Source of the DNA: an uncultured Verrucomicrobiae bacterium | Lineage (GTDB): Bacteria > Verrucomicrobiota > Verrucomicrobiia > Chthoniobacterales > Terrimicrobiaceae | NCBI GenBank assembly: GCA_963706955.1 | Contig: CAVPOC010000003.1 | Span: 288,001-352,000 of the forward strand | DNA: 64,000 nt | Direction: 5' to 3' | Shown: in pieces, positions 9,381 to 19,493 of the stretch | Position numbering within the stretch: the stretch's first letter is position 1 | Layout: each line of letters begins with the position of its first letter | Made by a program: the position numbers and the translations under genes | The notes under the pieces: generated by a model | What the model was told of the DNA's origin: nothing | The model's database searches: none | The model's input: only the letters and a program-made list of their open reading frames with translations

Positions 9381-10694
9381 ATGAAGCCTGCATTTCCCGA
9401 CATACAGAAGATCACCTACGAGGGTCCGAAATCCAAAAACCCTCTCGCCTTCAAACATTATAACGCCGAGGAAGTCATTGAGGGAAAGTCGATGGCTGAT
9501 CACCTTCGCTTCGGCGTCGCCTACTGGCATACCTTCCGGAACGTTCTCGGCGATCCGTTCGGTCCGGGGACCGCCATCCGCCCTTGGGATGATGGCTCGG
9601 ACTCGGTTAAGAACGCCTGCAATCGGGCGCGCGTCGCCTTCGAATTCACCGAGAAACTTGGCGCTCCCTTTTACGCGTTTCACGATCGCGATATCGCGCC
9701 GGAAGGCTCAAGTCTCGCTGAATCGAACAAAAATCTGGATGCCGTCGTGAAGGTCCTCAAGGAAGAGCAGGAGCGCACGGGAATCAAGCTCCTCTGGGGA
9801 ACCGCCAGTCTGTTTACAAACCCGCGCTTTTGCCACGGCGCAGCCACCAGCCCAAACGCCGATGTCTTTGCTTACGCCGCCGCGCAGGTGAAGAAAGCGC
9901 TCGAGGTAACACACGAGTTGGGCGGCGCGGGTTATACCTTCTGGGGCGGTCGCGAAGGTTATGCAAGTCTCTGGAACACCGACCTCAAGAGAGAAGTCGA
10001 CCACCTTGCGAGGTTCCTTCACATGGCTGTCGACCACAAGAAGCAGATCGGGTTCACCGGGCCCTTCTACATCGAGCCGAAACCGAAAGAACCGACTAAG
10101 CACCAGTATGATTTTGACGCGGCGACGTGCCTGAACTTCCTCCGCGAATACGGTTTGCTCGAGTACTTCAAGCTGAACCTCGAGACCAATCACGCCACCT
10201 TGGCTGGCCATACGATGCATCATGAATGCGAAGTCGCCGCCGCCGCCGGAGCACTCGGCTCCGTAGATGCTAATACTGGTGATGAGTTGATCGGCTGGGA
10301 TACCGACCAGTTTCCGACAAGTCTCTACCTGACAACGCAAGTGATGCTGGTCATTCTGAAGATGGGAGGCTTCACCACCGGTGGCCTTAACTTCGATTCG
10401 AAGGTCCGGCGTGAGAGCTTCGAGCCGATCGATCTCTTCTATGCGCATATCGGAGGCATGGATGCTTTTGCCCGGGGACTTAAGATCGCCGCGGCCATTC
10501 GCGCCGACGGACGCCTCGCGAAAATGCTAAAGGAGCGCTATTCGTCCTGGGATAGTGGCATCGGGGCCTCGATCGAGGCTGGGAAGGAGAATTTCGCTTC
10601 ACTCGAAAAATACGCGCTCGGCCAACCGGACCCCGTTCAGCATGGAAGCGGACGTCAGGAACTCTTCGAGAACATTGTCAACGAGTTGATCTGA
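9381..10694 (+). CDS. xylA: Xylose isomerase (class II)
   Basis: Motifs [42 protein letters not shown] and GGLNFD. Confidence 0.97.
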   Translation: MKPAFPDIQKITYEGPKSKNPLAFKHYNAEEVIEGKSMADHLRFGVAYWHTFRNVLGDPFGPGTAIRPWDDGSDSVKNACNRARVAFEFTEKLGAPFYAFHDRDIAPEGSSLAESNKNLDAVVKVLKEEQERTGIKLLWGTASLFTNPRFCHGAATSPNADVFAYAAAQVKKALEVTHELGGAGYTFWGGREGYASLWNTDLKREVDHLARFLHMAVDHKKQIGFTGPFYIEPKPKEPTKHQYDFDAATCLNFLREYGLLEYFKLNLETNHATLAGHTMHHECEVAAAAGALGSVDANTGDELIGWDTDQFPTSLYLTTQVMLVILKMGGFTTGGLNFDSKVRRESFEPIDLFYAHIGGMDAFARGLKIAAAIRADGRLAKMLKERYSSWDSGIGASIEAGKENFASLEKYALGQPDPVQHGSGRQELFENIVNELI

Positions 10695-10744
10695 CTACGC
10701 GCCACCTCGCATCAAGTTAAAGGGCGTGCGGAATGACACGTCGA

Positions 10745-10807
10745 TGTAGCGGCGGTGTCCCCACCGCCGAGCTAGGCCCTTTCGGCGCTGGGGACAGCGC
10801 CGCTACA
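10745..10807. repeat. REP-like inverted doublet (GTAG-type), possibly also a bidirectional terminator
   Basis: Two 26-nt arms, TGTAGCGGCGGTGTCCCCACCGCCGA and (reverse complement) TGTAGCGGCGCTGTCCCCAGCGCCGA. Each is an internal hairpin. Lies between the convergent xylA and DUF190 genes. Confidence 0.8.
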
Positions 10808-10838
10808 GAGTGCAAGTTTCCGGAACGCTTCCGAGACA

Positions 10839-11183
10839 TCAGTCCTTCTTCTTTTCGTGCCGATAATGCACCACTCTGACCGGCTCCACGGTGATCATGC
10901 CGCCGAGGACCATTGCCTGGAGTTTATCCAGAAATGCTTCAATCTTAAGCTTGGAATCGATGATCTCGATGACAACGGGCAGATCGGTTGAGAGATTCAG
11001 GATCTTTGCGGTATGGATGCGACTGGTGGCTCCGAAGCCCATCGGACTGCGAAAGACGGTGGCCCCGGCGAGACCTTCGCTGCGTGCTTTCAGCACGATG
11101 GCTTCGTAGAGCGGCCGGCGCTCCCACTGGTCACTCTCGCCGGCATACACACGCAGGCGGAGACATTCTTCAGCCGGCTGCAT
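10839..11183 (-). CDS. DUF190 (PII-like) protein
   Basis: LRVYAGESD...GLAGATVFRS.MGFG...LSTDLPVVIEIID. This family usually lies next to crcB. Confidence 0.88.
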   Translation of the reverse strand: MQPAEECLRLRVYAGESDQWERRPLYEAIVLKARSEGLAGATVFRSPMGFGATSRIHTAKILNLSTDLPVVIEIIDSKLKIEAFLDKLQAMVLGGMITVEPVRVVHYRHEKKKD

Positions 11184-11187
11184 AATT

Positions 11188-11581
11188 TCAGGGCCTTCCA
11201 GCCAAGATGCTTGCCAAGGCTATCCCCACGGCCGCTGCGACAAGGCAAAGGACAACGGACGAGAGAACATTGCCGGCTGCAGAAATCCACTGGCCGTCCT
11301 GCAGCAAGAAGCATCGTTTGCAGGCTGAACGAGGAAAAGGTGGTGAAACCGCCGAGGATGCCGATGGTGACGAAGGCTCGTCCGACGGGCGAGACGAGCA
11401 GAGGTCCATCTGGACCGGTGAGGCCGGCAAACAATCCAATGATCAGAGAACCGAGCACGTTGACGGCCAGCGTCCCCCAGGGAAATGTGCTGTGCGTTGC
11501 TTCGGCAATCCAGGTGGACATCGCGTACCTTAGAGCGCTGCCAATTGCGCCGCCGATCATGACAGCCGCATAGAGCTTCAC
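11188..11581 (-). pseudogene. crcB: Fluoride channel CrcB/Fluc with one +1 frameshift near 11305-11311 (probably a sequencing error)
   Basis: GTG start overlaps the dcd stop. GGAIGSALRY, FPWGTLAVN and GGFTTFSSF are in one frame; the C-terminal helix LQDGQWISAAGNV is in another. Span is 394 nt = 3n+1. Confidence 0.85.
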
Positions 11582-12147
11582 ATTCTCGGAATCGTAATGC
11601 CGGTTTGCCTCATGTACTTTCCCGCCCGATCCGCGTAGCTGGTCTCGCAGGTCTCCCCAGCGAGAAAAAATATCACCTGGGCAAGGCCCTCGTCGGCGTA
11701 GATCTTGGCCGGCAGCGGAGTGGTGTTTGAGATTTCCAGCGTGACGTGGCCCTCCCACTCCGGCTCGAACGGCGTGACATTGACAATAATGCCACAGCGA
11801 GCGTAGGTGGACTTTCCCACGCAGATGGTCAATACGTCGCGAGGAATTCGGAAGTACTCAACGCTGCGGGCAAGCGCGAACGAATTCGGCGGCACTATGC
11901 AAACATCGGTCTGCATATCGACCATCGACTGCGCGTCGAAGCACTTCGGATCGACAACGGTATTGAAAACGTTGGTGAAGACCTTGAATTCGCGGGAGAC
12001 CCTCAGGTCGTAACCATAGCTCGACAACCCATAACTGATCACGCGGGAGCCATCGTTGCGCGCTTTGGTCTGAGTCTCGACAAATGGCTCAATCATTCCC
12101 TTCTCCATCGCCATGCGACGGATCCACCTATCCGAACAGACGCTCAT
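11578..12147 (-). CDS. dcd: dCTP deaminase
   Basis: Motifs [28 protein letters not shown] and LEISNTT. Confidence 0.96.
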   Translation of the reverse strand: MSVCSDRWIRRMAMEKGMIEPFVETQTKARNDGSRVISYGLSSYGYDLRVSREFKVFTNVFNTVVDPKCFDAQSMVDMQTDVCIVPPNSFALARSVEYFRIPRDVLTICVGKSTYARCGIIVNVTPFEPEWEGHVTLEISNTTPLPAKIYADEGLAQVIFFLAGETCETSYADRAGKYMRQTGITIPRM

Positions 12148-12151
12148 TCCC

Positions 12152-12463
12152 CTAGAAGGGCATTCCGGGGATATCCATGCCGCCTGTGACCTTCTTCATC
12201 TCCTCCGCCGCCATGGCGCGTCCATCCTCAATCGCCTGCTTGACGCCGGCGAGCACGAGGTCTTCCAGCAATTCCACGTCGTTTGGATCCACGACGCTCG
12301 GATCAATCTTGATCGAGAGGACATCGCCGGCTCCATTGGCCGTGACGGTGACTTTGCCGCCACCTGCGCTGGCCTCGATGGTCTTTTGGGAGAGTTCGGC
12401 TTGTTTCTCGGCGAGCTTCGCCTGCATGCGCTGGGCCTGCTGGAGCATCTTCTGAATGTTCAT
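12152..12463 (-). CDS. ybaB: YbaB/EbfC nucleoid-associated protein
   Basis: MLQQAQRMQ...[10 protein letters not shown]...ELLEDLV; directly downstream of dnaX. Confidence 0.93.
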   Translation of the reverse strand: MNIQKMLQQAQRMQAKLAEKQAELSQKTIEASAGGGKVTVTANGAGDVLSIKIDPSVVDPNDVELLEDLVLAGVKQAIEDGRAMAAEEMKKVTGGMDIPGMPF

Positions 12464-14058
12464 TTACTCGCAGTCTGAATTTCGCCGGCGAAGATTTCGA
12501 GGGCTTTCTTGATCAAGGGATCATTTTTGAAATCATCCGGCGGATCCGCCGCTTTTGGGCGCGGGCTTTCAGCAGGCTTCTCGAGTGTTGCCGGAAGCTC
12601 TTTTGGCGGTGCCTCCGCCGCCGGCTCGGCCAGATCCTCACCGACTTCGAGGGCCAGCCTTATGTTTCTGCCGAGCATTGCGCTCAGCTTTGCTTCGGCA
12701 TTCTTGCGTCCGTCCTCACCGACCACCGAGCGAAGGGCGGCAGCGGATGAAGGAGGAAGTTTCACCAGGAGGCTGTTCTCGACCGCTTCCGCAACGACTC
12801 CTTTGGTGAGCCACCGGAACTTGATGCTAGCCTCGTATGAGGCAGCCACGCGATCCCAGGCGAGCGCCGCGTCGATGACTTCGCTGCTCGAGGACGGGAG
12901 AGCGGGATTGGACTCAACCAAGACACGCTTTGGTTCGGGTTGCACCGCCCGGGCGCCTGGCGCCGGAGGCGGCGTGTGCTCACGCAAGGCAGCCAGCGTC
13001 TCGATGACTTCGTCCAGGCTGGCTTGATCGAGGAGGTGGGCAGCTTTGATGACCGCGACATCGAGCTGAAGCTTCTTGTCCGCCGCCCATTTCATGCGGG
13101 ATTCTGTCTCGGCGAGATGGTCAAGCAAGATGAGGAGCTTGTCTCGCGGCGCGGAGGCCTGGTGCAAAACGCCTGCGATAAGCAGATCCCGAACCTGCCC
13201 GATTAAATCCCCGAGCAGACGTGAGAGGTCTTTTCCGAACTCAGATTGTTCGGCAACGATCTTCAGCCCGCCGGCCGCATCGCGCTCAAGAATTCTTTGT
13301 AACAACGCGGCCACGGCTTCGCGCGAGGTGAATCCGAAAACGGACATGACGTCCTGGCTGGTGACTTTGTCTCCGCAAAAAGCGATACATTGATCAAGCA
13401 TACTTTCGGCGTCACGGAGGCCTCCTTCGGCGCCGCGGGCGATCAATTCAGCAGCTGCCTCCTCCAGGAGAATTTTTTCTTTGTCCGCAATCAAGAGGAG
13501 GTGTTTGCGAATGGCATCCGCGGAGATTCTGCGCAAGTCAAAGCGCTGGCACCGGCTCGTGATTGTCGCCGGCACCTTCTGCCCCTCGGTGGTGGCAAAA
13601 ATAAACTTCACGTGTTCCGGCGGTTCTTCGAGCGTTTTAAGAAGCGCATTGAACGCCCCGGGCGTGAGCATGTGCACTTCGTCAATCAGGTAAATCTTGT
13701 AGGGTCCTCGCGCCGGTGAATAGGCGGCGTTGTCTCTCAATTCCCTGATGCTTTCCACGCCGTTGTGACTGGCGCCGTCAATTTCGAGAACATCCAAGCT
13801 CCGGCCTTCGGCGATTTCCAGGCAGGCGTCACATTTGCCGCACGGTGTCGCGGTCGGACCTTTCACACAATTGAGCGCCTTCGCGAGAATTCGCGCTGTG
13901 GAGGTCTTCCCGATTCCTCGCGGGCCCACGAAAAGATAGGCCTGCGCGACTCGTCCGGAGGTTATGGCGTTCTGCAGGGTGCGCGTGATGTGCTCCTGTC
14001 CCACCACCTCCTCGAATGTCTGCGGCCTGTACTTCCGCGCAAAGACCCGGTAACTCAC
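12460..14058 (-). CDS. dnaX: DNA polymerase III subunit gamma/tau
   Basis: ARKYRPQTF, Walker A GPRGIGKT, Zn Cys cluster, DEVHML and SRC. Likely GTG start at 14058. Confidence 0.96.
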   Translation of the reverse strand: MSYRVFARKYRPQTFEEVVGQEHITRTLQNAITSGRVAQAYLFVGPRGIGKTSTARILAKALNCVKGPTATPCGKCDACLEIAEGRSLDVLEIDGASHNGVESIRELRDNAAYSPARGPYKIYLIDEVHMLTPGAFNALLKTLEEPPEHVKFIFATTEGQKVPATITSRCQRFDLRRISADAIRKHLLLIADKEKILLEEAAAELIARGAEGGLRDAESMLDQCIAFCGDKVTSQDVMSVFGFTSREAVAALLQRILERDAAGGLKIVAEQSEFGKDLSRLLGDLIGQVRDLLIAGVLHQASAPRDKLLILLDHLAETESRMKWAADKKLQLDVAVIKAAHLLDQASLDEVIETLAALREHTPPPAPGARAVQPEPKRVLVESNPALPSSSSEVIDAALAWDRVAASYEASIKFRWLTKGVVAEAVENSLLVKLPPSSAAALRSVVGEDGRKNAEAKLSAMLGRNIRLALEVGEDLAEPAAEAPPKELPATLEKPAESPRPKAADPPDDFKNDPLIKKALEIFAGEIQTASK

Positions 14059-14229
14059 ATCACAAGCATAGACCGGCAACCCAATTTCGGAAGCCGGAAG
14101 GCGTAAAATTTTCGCGGAGCTGAGGCGAGGTGACGGCGGACGCCACCTTTCGGAACAAACCTGCCGTGGCCGCGCGCGCCGATGGCAGGAGGCTGATCGG
14201 GAACGCGAAGACCATGCCTTGACAAACGA

Positions 14230-14925
14230 TTACCAGGCATATTCTTCTCCATCTCGACCAAGGAATTTGCCGCTTTGCTCCATCGATAATCCGGTGATTG
14301 TTTTGAAAAGCGATTGCGCCGATTGGCGCGGAGAAAGCGGAGCATCGGATCCTCCCATCCGAGTCTTCACCCAACCGGGGCTGATGGCGGTCACAATCAT
14401 CTCTTCCTTGCGGAACTCCGCAGCGAGCGCCCGGGTGAGCATGTTCAAGGCCGCTTTGGAAACTGAATAAGGATAGTAATTAAAATCCTCTTTCTCGCTG
14501 ATGGATCCGGCGCCCGAGGAGATGTTAGCGATTCGCGCATGTGCGGATCTTCGCAGATGCGGCAAGAATGCCTTGGTCACCCGTGCGACGCCGACCACAT
14601 TCGTGTCGAAGGCTTGATTGAACCACTCCGGATCGATGGTCTCAAACGGCTCCTGACCCTCGCCAGGAAAGATTGCGGCGTTGTTGATGAGCACATCGAG
14701 TGCTCCGTCGGCAAGCCGTTTCGCGGCGTCCAAAATTGTCGATTCTTGGGCGACGTCCAGGGTCAGAACGGAAAGATTCTCCCATTGGCGAGTCAATTCG
14801 GAGAGCTCGGGCTGCTTGGCATTCCGGGCAGTCGCGAACACCTTCCAGCCCGCGCGCGCAAATTCCTCTACGAGCGCTTCTCCGATTCCTCCGCTGCTCC
14901 CGGTTATCAAAACACTTTCGGCCAT
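14230..14925 (-). CDS. Short-chain dehydrogenase/reductase (CsgA/C-factor-like)
   Basis: TGSSGGIG, NNAA, YSVSKAALN (YxxxK) and SPGWVKTRMGG. Confidence 0.88.
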   Translation of the reverse strand: MAESVLITGSSGGIGEALVEEFARAGWKVFATARNAKQPELSELTRQWENLSVLTLDVAQESTILDAAKRLADGALDVLINNAAIFPGEGQEPFETIDPEWFNQAFDTNVVGVARVTKAFLPHLRRSAHARIANISSGAGSISEKEDFNYYPYSVSKAALNMLTRALAAEFRKEEMIVTAISPGWVKTRMGGSDAPLSPRQSAQSLFKTITGLSMEQSGKFLGRDGEEYAW

Positions 14926-14933
14926 GACAAAAA

Positions 14934-17441
14934 TCAAAGCAGATCCAGTTGCCCAAGACCTTCGCGAATGGCGATCTTCTTGCGGCGCGCCTTGGCGAAC
15001 TGGGCTGAGCCATCCGATTGACCGGCCAAATGAGGCACACCGTCGGCATTGAGCTCGGCTTTCTCGAGGTTGTTCAGGATTTCCTTGGCCCGATTAAGGA
15101 CGCTATCGGGCAAGCCGGCCAGTCGCGCGACCTGAATTCCGTAGCTCTGGTCGGCGCGGCCGGGAAGAATCTTTCGTAGAAAGATCACTTGGTCGTTCCA
15201 TTCACGCACGGCCACGTTGAGGTTTACGACACCCGAGCGCGTTCGCGCCAAATCGGTGATCTCGTGATAGTGCGTCGCAAACAGCGTCCGACAGCGTATG
15301 AGGTCGTGAAGGTGCTCAGCCACACTCCAGGCAATGCTCAAGCCGTCAAACGTCGACGTCCCACGTCCAATCTCATCCAGGATAACCAGACTGGTCGTCG
15401 TTGCGTTGTTGAGGATGTTTGCTGTCTCATTCATCTCGACCATGAAGGTGGATTGACCTCTGGAGAGGTCATCGCTGGCACCCACCCTGGTAAAGATCCG
15501 ATCGGCAACTCCGATCCGCGCACTCACCGCAGGCACGTAGCTGCCCATCTGACTCATCAACGTGAGAAGTGCCACCTGGCGGATATAGGTTGATTTTCCG
15601 GCCATGTTCGGCCCCGTTATGATGGCAAAGCGCCTCTCGGAGCTATCGAGTTCGGTGTCGTTAGGAACGAAGCGTTCGCCTGCGGATTGGCGATCCAAGA
15701 CCGGATGGCGCCCCTCAATTATTTCGATGCGCCCAGAGTCGTCAACTTGCGGGCGACAGTAATTGTGCTGGCGGGCGGTTTCGGCGAGCGAGGCAAGCGC
15801 ATCGAGGATCGCAATGGCGACGGCCGTGGCTTGAATTGCGGCAATTTCGGCCAACGCCATGCTGCGCAATTCCTGGAAGATCTCGATCTCCCTGGCCTTG
15901 GCGCGTTCCTCGGAGCCGAGAATCTTTCCTTCAAAATCCTTAAGCTCCGGCGTAATGAATCGCTCCCCATTGACGGTGGTCTGCTTGCGAATGTAATCGC
16001 CAGGCACCGAGGAGAGATTCGCACGGGTGATCTCGATGAAGTAACCGAAGACCGACGTGAAGCGCACCTTCAGGGACTTGATCCCAGTTCGAGCGATTTC
16101 TTGTTCCTGGAGGCCTGCTATCCAGTCCTTGCCCTGGCGAGATCCGGCCCGCAGCTCATCAAGGGCACGATCATAGCCATCCCGCACGATCCCACCGTCA
16201 CGCAAGACTGCCGGCGGCTCATCGACGATCGCCTTGGACAGGGTTGAGACGAGATCCGGAAGGTCGTGAAGTTGCGTCGCCAGGCTGCCGAAAAGCATCG
16301 CCGAACCATCCGAGGCAAGGACGCGAACACAGTCTCGCACGCCCGGGACGAGCGACAGCGAAATGGCCAGAGCGGCGAGATCGCGCGCATTGCCCGCCGA
16401 ACCGTTGAGGCGCGCCACTGCTCGCTCGAGATCGCGGACGTCGCCCAAGTGCTCGCGGAGCGTGCCCAGCAGGAGGGAATCCTGCAGCAGGCGAGCAATC
16501 GCGTTCTGCCGTTGGCAAATCTCGCTGGGGTCACGCAGAGGATGGAGCACCCACTGCCTCAGAAGTCGTGCTCCCATTGGGGTCACCGTGCTGTCGAGGA
16601 CACCCAGAAGCGTCATCGTCTTGCCGGCGCGCGATTGGACAAGCTCGAGGTGACTTTGAGTGGAAGCGTCCAAAATGAGAAACTCGCTTGAGCGGTATGG
16701 CTGCAGCCTCCGGAGGTGCGAGGCATTTCGGCGCAGCTGTCGCGTCAAGTAGTGAACCAACGCTCCGGCCGCACTCACCGCTGCCGGCATATCATCGCAG
16801 CCAAAACCGGCCAAGGAATGGACTTTGAAGTGGTCGCGCAAGAACTCCTCGGCCTGCACAAGGTCGAAGATATACCCGTCAAGGAAATTTGCGTTTCCCA
16901 AGCTCTCAAAAAAGTCCCTCTGCTCTTCGGGGGCGATGGTTTCCGCCGGGAGAATCCGCGCCAACTCGTCGGCCAGAAGAAGCTTGTCGGCCACCTCGGT
17001 GATCCGGAATTCGCCGGTGGTCAACTCGCAAAAAGCAACGCCGATACTGGGATCAGAGCGGCAGATCGCGGCCAGGTAATTGGGACGCCGATCGTCGAGC
17101 CCGAAATCGTCCAAAGTTCCCGCGCTCAATATTTGGCTGACTTCACGACGGACGAGTTTGCCGGCTTGCACCTCCCCTACCTGGTCGCAGATGGCCGCGC
17201 GCCACCCCGCCGCGATGAGCTTCTCGATGTAATTGCGCGCTGCGTGGTAGGGAACGCCACACATCGGCGTGTCGCCCCGCTTAGTCAGCGCAACATTCAG
17301 GATCGAGGAGGCCTCCCGGGCGTCATCGCCAAACATCTCATAAAAATCCCCCAGTCGAAACAAGAGCAGGGTGTGAGGAGGCAATTCACGCCGGATCGCG
17401 TGATACTGCTTCATCATCGGCGTCTGCGAATCAAAGGACAC
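14934..17441 (-). CDS. mutS: DNA mismatch repair protein MutS
   Basis: Motifs TPMMKQY, GDFYEMF, TGPNMAGKST, STFMVEM, DEIGRGT and SYGIQVA. Confidence 0.97.
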   Translation of the reverse strand: MSFDSQTPMMKQYHAIRRELPPHTLLLFRLGDFYEMFGDDAREASSILNVALTKRGDTPMCGVPYHAARNYIEKLIAAGWRAAICDQVGEVQAGKLVRREVSQILSAGTLDDFGLDDRRPNYLAAICRSDPSIGVAFCELTTGEFRITEVADKLLLADELARILPAETIAPEEQRDFFESLGNANFLDGYIFDLVQAEEFLRDHFKVHSLAGFGCDDMPAAVSAAGALVHYLTRQLRRNASHLRRLQPYRSSEFLILDASTQSHLELVQSRAGKTMTLLGVLDSTVTPMGARLLRQWVLHPLRDPSEICQRQNAIARLLQDSLLLGTLREHLGDVRDLERAVARLNGSAGNARDLAALAISLSLVPGVRDCVRVLASDGSAMLFGSLATQLHDLPDLVSTLSKAIVDEPPAVLRDGGIVRDGYDRALDELRAGSRQGKDWIAGLQEQEIARTGIKSLKVRFTSVFGYFIEITRANLSSVPGDYIRKQTTVNGERFITPELKDFEGKILGSEERAKAREIEIFQELRSMALAEIAAIQATAVAIAILDALASLAETARQHNYCRPQVDDSGRIEIIEGRHPVLDRQSAGERFVPNDTELDSSERRFAIITGPNMAGKSTYIRQVALLTLMSQMGSYVPAVSARIGVADRIFTRVGASDDLSRGQSTFMVEMNETANILNNATTTSLVILDEIGRGTSTFDGLSIAWSVAEHLHDLIRCRTLFATHYHEITDLARTRSGVVNLNVAVREWNDQVIFLRKILPGRADQSYGIQVARLAGLPDSVLNRAKEILNNLEKAELNADGVPHLAGQSDGSAQFAKARRKKIAIREGLGQLDLL

Positions 17442-17534
17442 AGCGAATCCCTTCTAGCATCCAGACCCACATCGATGCGATCGGTTCGAAAGACTTTCTG
17501 ATGCGTTCAGAGACACCTGGCCCTATTCCCTCCA

Positions 17535-18353
17535 TCAACCTCGATGGGCCGACGGCTCAGCAAGATCCGAAGATCGTTTCAAAAACGCGGCAAGCGGGCT
17601 GGTGGCTTCGGCGTGATCGAGCTGTGAAGGAAGTCCCGCCTCGAACGCCTCCCGCGCACACTCGACAACGGCCTTGAAAGCTTTGGCCATACGCACCGGG
17701 TCGCGGGCTGCGGCAATCGCCGTGTTGACGAGGACGGCATCCGCTCCCATCTCGAGGGCCTCCGCGGCGTGGCTTGGCGCCCCGATGCCGGCATCAACGA
17801 CGACAGGGACGGCAGCCTGCTTGATAATGATCTCGATCTGAGCACGCGTCTCAAGACCCCGATTGCTACCGATCGGCGAGCCAAGAGGCATGACCGTCGC
17901 CGTGCCAACATCCTGCAGCCGCTTGGCAAGAACTGGATCTGCATTGATGTAAGGGAGGACAGTAAAGCCCTCCTTCACCAATATTTCTGCGGCGCGCAGC
18001 GTTTCGATCGGATCGGGTAGCAAATATTGGGGATCCGGATGGATCTCCAGCTTTACCCAGCGGGGAAGACCGGCTGCGGCTGCGAGGCGAGCAAGACGCA
18101 CAGCTTCCGTGGCATCAATCGCGCCACTGGTGTTCGGCAGAAGCAGATACCTGCTTGGATCGATGAAATCCAAAATGTTCGCGTACGGGTCGCGTCGTCC
18201 GCTGATATCAGCGCGACGGAGCGCCACCGTGACAATTTCCGTCCCGCTGGCAGCCAGCGCGTCGCGCATGACCTCGTTCGAGGAAAACTTTCCCGTACCC
18301 AATAACAATCGTGACGAGAATTTGCGCCCCGCGATTTCCAGTTGATCGCTCAT
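17535..18353 (-). CDS. thiG: Thiazole synthase
   Basis: Motifs [30 protein letters not shown] and VDAGIGAPS. Confidence 0.96.
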   Translation of the reverse strand: MSDQLEIAGRKFSSRLLLGTGKFSSNEVMRDALAASGTEIVTVALRRADISGRRDPYANILDFIDPSRYLLLPNTSGAIDATEAVRLARLAAAAGLPRWVKLEIHPDPQYLLPDPIETLRAAEILVKEGFTVLPYINADPVLAKRLQDVGTATVMPLGSPIGSNRGLETRAQIEIIIKQAAVPVVVDAGIGAPSHAAEALEMGADAVLVNTAIAAARDPVRMAKAFKAVVECAREAFEAGLPSQLDHAEATSPLAAFLKRSSDLAEPSAHRG

Positions 18354-18522
18354 TCTTTACCTTTACTGCGTCCCTTGGAGGACAGCAAGGGACCATGCCC
18401 AATCTTGGCAGGCGTTTACTCCCCCGACGGAAAGTTCGCGCGAACCGGCCACGTCTTCAATCAATAGAAGAGACGTTACAAACTTCATGAGAGTCGCGAG
18501 AATAGGCAACTTCTTCCGCGGT

Positions 18523-19413
18523 TCAAGCGATTCGAAATTCCGGCGATGGCGCAGCCTCAAAGGAGAGGCGCTCGCCAGAGAGCGGATGGCGAAATTGGAG
18601 CTTCCACGCGTGTAGCATGTGCCGCGAAAAGCTGCCGCGTCGGCCATACAATGGATCACCCAGCACCGGGCACCCCAGATGCTTCAGGTGCACCCGGATC
18701 TGATGCGTGCGTCCCGTGCGCGCACGGCATTCGATCAAGCTGACGCCGCCTGCCGATGTGAGCACGCGATATTCGGTAATTGCTTCCCGGCCGCGTCCGA
18801 GTGCCGCCACTCGCATCTTCTTGCGGTGCACGGGATCGCGAGCGATGGCCGCGTCGACAACGCCGTGCCGAAAACGCGGTGAACCTACAACCAGAGCAAG
18901 ATAGATTTTTACTACATCGCGACTGGCAAACTGGGCCGCGAGAGCACGGTGCGCTGCGTCGCTTTTCGCCACGACCAGGCAGCCACTGGTCTCTTTGTCC
19001 AGGCGATGGATAATCCCGGGGCGATCGACGCCGCCGATACCAGAAAGCTTGCCGAAATGATGGAGCAACCCGGACACCAACGTGCCTCCTCGATGCCCGG
19101 CCCCCGGATGCACCACCATGCCTGCCGGCTTGTTCAGCACCGCGAGAACGGCGTCCTCGAAGAGGATCTCGAGTGGCATTTCCTCGGCGCGGGCCGATTC
19201 GCACGGGGTGAGCGCGGGTTCGCGCCAGACGATCTCATCGTCGGGACGGACGATTTGTGCAGCCTTGGCCGCGACGCCATTGACCAGCACCCCGCCAGAG
19301 CGAATCACCGCCTGGATTCTCGATCGCGAGACGGCGGGTAAACACTCTGCCAGCCACCGATCGAGCCGGTTGCCCGCATTCGCCCGAGAAACGCTGAAGA
19401 TTCGCTCCCCCAT
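18523..19413 (-). CDS. rluD: RluA-family pseudouridine synthase (RluD-like, S4 domain)
   Basis: RLDRWL S4 domain, NKPAGMVVHP, HRLDKETSG and TGRTHQIRVH. ATG at 19413. Confidence 0.9.
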   Translation of the reverse strand: MGERIFSVSRANAGNRLDRWLAECLPAVSRSRIQAVIRSGGVLVNGVAAKAAQIVRPDDEIVWREPALTPCESARAEEMPLEILFEDAVLAVLNKPAGMVVHPGAGHRGGTLVSGLLHHFGKLSGIGGVDRPGIIHRLDKETSGCLVVAKSDAAHRALAAQFASRDVVKIYLALVVGSPRFRHGVVDAAIARDPVHRKKMRVAALGRGREAITEYRVLTSAGGVSLIECRARTGRTHQIRVHLKHLGCPVLGDPLYGRRGSFSRHMLHAWKLQFRHPLSGERLSFEAAPSPEFRIA

Positions 19414-19493
19414 CTGCGAAGCGGGCGAATTTCTTTGCGAAAAAATCATCAGCGCGGGATAATAACCGCCATACTCATCCATCTCTTGGAACA

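Noticed and set aside
11578..11650. Fluoride riboswitch before crcB
   Set aside because: The crcB start overlaps the dcd stop (GTGA), so there is no leader.
12460..14058. Programmed -1 frameshift giving the DnaX gamma subunit
   Set aside because: No A AAA AAG slippery heptamer or long A-run seen.
14080..14229. SRP RNA (ffs), often upstream of dnaX
   Set aside because: No CAGG-N-GGAA-N-AGCAG helix-8 motif on either strand.
18356..18520. TPP riboswitch upstream of thiG
   Set aside because: The conserved CUGAGA and CCUGA/GxAGGGA core elements are not found on the minus strand.
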